Origin: Macrostomum lignano
Lineage: Eukaryota
Length of the DNA stretch: 49,072 nt
Reading direction: 5' to 3'
Assembly (NCBI GenBank): GCA_002269645.1
Contig: NIVC01002669.1
Location: 1 to 49,072, forward strand
How positions within the stretch are numbered: position 1 is the stretch's first letter; each line of letters opens with the position of its first letter. Below, piece by piece: positions 46,233-49,072 of the stretch. Under the pieces are notes generated by a model. The model had not been told where the DNA came from, ran no database searches, and worked only from the letters and a program-made list of their open reading frames with translations. A program made the translations under genes and the position numbers.

Positions 46233-48696
46233 CTAAACAAGTCCAAAACTGTTGAATCCGCCGACATTGAAGTCGTTGAACTGTTGCTGACTTGGCGGCC
46301 CGCACGGAAATGGCGTTGGCTGATCGGGGAACTGCGGGGTCTGGCCAAACTGCTGCGCACCGGCCTGGAGGCCTGGCCAGCCGCTGTCCCTCCATGGGAC
46401 GTGAAGACCGCCGGCGGGGTAGGCGATGCTGCTGCTGAAGTTGGCGGGTGGCAGAGCGAAGTCGTCGCCGTTTCGTTGCCGGAGATCGGGCGAGTCACCA
46501 TCATCAAAGTTTGGAAAGCCTTCATCGACGTGCCGGGAAGGCCAAGCGCCCTGACGGTCGTCGAACTGTGGCTGACTTGGCGGGCCGCACGGATATGGCG
46601 TGGCGGGCCAGGAAACTGAGGTTCGTCAGCTGGGCCGGTGATGCCGCTGAAGTTGGCGGCTGATGGCGCGAAATCGTCGCCGTTCCGTCGCCGGAGACCG
46701 GGCGGGTCAACATCGTCAAAATCCGGAAATCCGAAATTGGTGGACGCGGATGCCAGGCCTGCTGCTCGCGGACCGGAAACTCGTCTTCCCGAGTAAGCAG
46801 AGGCTGCTGATAGGATCTTGGCGGTGGCTGCTGATACCTTTGCTGCGGCTGCTGATAGTGACGCTGCCAGTTTCGTGTGAATTTCTGCTGATTCTGATTA
46901 TTTTGATGCCATTGTGGTCGTTGTGGATGGTGCTGCAGATGTTGCTGCTGCCTCTCATTTAAATCATACTGATAATTCTGCCACTGCATTTGGCCGCTGT
47001 ACTGCCTGGGGTCAAAGAAAAAAAAATTGAGACGAAGCTTTAGATGCGTTTGTGCACAAATTAATGCTGAATCGAGCACACAGACACGCCACTCGTGCGT
47101 CTGGACTTTTAAACGTCGAGAGAGACACAACAGACGAGTCAGCAGCATCTCCTCACATTCAACAAAATTCCTGAATGCACCCAATAAATTAAAAAGGCCA
47201 CAGCATCTCACCTAGCCAAGCCATGCTTTTGCCGTTGACTCAAATCGTGAGCAGTATCGAATGAGATGCCCTGCTCAATGGGGTAGCGATAATCTAGCGT
47301 GACAGCTGGCTGACGCTTGGCATGCCCAGTAGAAACTGGCTGGTAATTGCACCTGTCCCGTTGAGGCTGTGGCATCTGGTGTTCTGCCAGTGGCAAATGG
47401 TCCTGGAACCTGTGATGCTTAGCCTGGCTGACCTGTTAGCGTCGGTGTACCGCTGATAAACCGCAGGTCGAGCCTGCTGCAGTTGCGGCGGCTGGAGGTG
47501 ATTCTTGCTGTCCTGAGGTTCAATAACCGAGTTCATGTTGTTGATCGTGCTCAGATGCCTAGTCTGGCCTCTGTGCTTCGGCGTTTGCTGTGGTTGTTCC
47601 TGGCGCGGCGACGCCGATGGCAGCTGATCCCGCTGGTTGGATGAGTTGTTGGATGATGCGGGGCTGCTGCGCCTGGAAACAATGTTGGTTTTTGTGTTAA
47701 CATATAAATTTGCCGAGACATTATGAAACGAAGAAAAGACTCAAAAAACTATTCGGAACCTTACTACATGGAATATTAGGAATCTATTACTTGATCTTGC
47801 GTGACTGGTCTGCAGCTATCGATTCTAGCGTAACTTTGATAAAAGTTTGCTGAAACTTGAAACTCTTAACGAGTCCCTGAGTCTCAAGTACATTACACAG
47901 GGTCTCCAACATTCCTTTCATCTCTTTAAAAGTTTGTTTCCTTGGTCGGAGTAGAACACATGAATTCAAGAACCGTGAAACAACTTTCACTTGCGCGTTC
48001 TCCAAAATAGTAATTTCTTGAGCGGCCCCAGGATAGAAATCAGAATTATCTTAGGTATTAATTGACAATGCAATGAGCAATGGCATTGAAATACAGTCAG
48101 TGTAGATGCCTGTTCACCTGAACTGGTTGAGTCACTTAAACGAGGCAAGAAGAGGAGATACTCTAAAAGAGCCTGGAGTGAGAGGATCATTTCAATGTCG
48201 AACTCAAATAGGCAAATTATTGTCCAGGGCGATTTAAACTGACTAAAAATTTAAACACGCTCTGCAACATACTCGGATTTGAGTCTCTCCCGCCGCTTAT
48301 GCCTCCGCCGTCGCCGCCTGTCAAACTCTTCGACGTTTCAACCAGCCTCCATGGCGGGAATACCGCCTTGCCCTTAGTGAGGCCGCGACTTCCGAGCTCC
48401 ACTCCGGAGTGGCCGTCGCTGACGAATCGCCGGAAGCCCGTGTGTAAAACGTTGCTGACGAGGCCGACTGCGACCGGGACGACGCAGACGGCGATGCGGG
48501 CGTTCTCGACGGACGTCGCCGCCGACTGTCCCGGTCTGCCTCCGGCTGCCGACGCCGCCGCGATTTGCACCGGCGGCATCGGCTGTCTCTCGTGCTGGCG
48601 GACGGCGAGCATCCGGGACTCGGCCGTGCTGAAGAGGAGCGACAGCTGCTGGAGTGCGGCATGGAAATTGCCTTGGCACTTCCGGTTCCTGAAGCG
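46233..48696 (-). CDS. Antisense multi-exon gene, putative divergent SPOC-domain protein with Q/P-rich tail; exons >=48696-48273, 48162-48118, 48049-47791, 47672-47212, 47005-46233; 5' end unresolved; three apparent 1-nt deletions
   Basis: All four introns have GT donors and AG acceptors with matching phases (1,1,2,2). Exon 4 is 1 nt short and exon 5 is 2 nt short of an intact frame. SPOC-like motifs are FRN..GNFH, LAVRQHER, IAVCVVP, LHTGFRRFVSDGHSGV, AVFPPW and KYLLFL. Confidence 0.7.
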
Positions 48697-49072
48697 CTAC
48701 ATGCTCCGACTCTTTTAGTAGTGGCTCGTCCGCAGTGCGCACGAAAAATTCCTGATTATTACTACTAATAGCTACGGCACAATCCGTGGCCTCGTGTTGC
48801 CTTACTCAACGGTGTTCGCTTGATTCAATTGACGTGCTTTTGTCCCTAGACTATTTGATATTCGATTTTGGCTACATTATAGGATTATAGACACGGGTCA
48901 TGGAGATATGAACTGCCTTGTCGATTTTAGTTGGTTTCCAGCTTCCGCTTCTGCTTCTCCAAGAATTCGATACCAGTACTGTAAACTAATCACTTCACTT
49001 CACTAATTACTAATTTTTAAGATAACTCAAGCATCCGAGTTTTTATGAGTAAACAATAGTCATTTTAGAACT

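Noticed and set aside
46211-46525. Supplied ORF MKAFQTLMMVTRP... as the real protein
   Set aside because: Comparing the duplicated copies places the synonymous changes in a different frame (FPNFDDGDS...).

Overview
This is eukaryotic (metazoan) genomic DNA, not prokaryotic. It has GT-AG introns, GC-rich exons in AT-rich spacers and about 20 micro/minisatellite arrays. The overall style suggests a free-living flatworm such as Macrostomum, but that is an unverified inference. Recognisable genes: a Snu13/15.5K gene (2 single-base frameshifts) in tandem with its L7Ae paralogue NHP2; a 3-exon stargazin/TARP (CACNG)-like gene; and, head-to-head with it, the first 3 coding exons of a K-Cl cotransporter (SLC12/KCC). 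KCC intron 1 holds a decayed Ty3/Gypsy LTR element and a SINE. Orphan genes: a secreted 8-Cys knottin-like peptide, a small single-pass membrane protein and two low-complexity hypothetical genes. The most notable candidate is a 5-exon antisense gene, apparently nested in KCC intron 3. It seems to encode a divergent Spen-type SPOC domain followed, unusually, by an RRM-like exon and a Q/P-rich duplicated tail. Five apparent -1 frameshifts suggest long-read assembly errors or a decaying duplicate locus. All domain calls were made by eye, without database searches.
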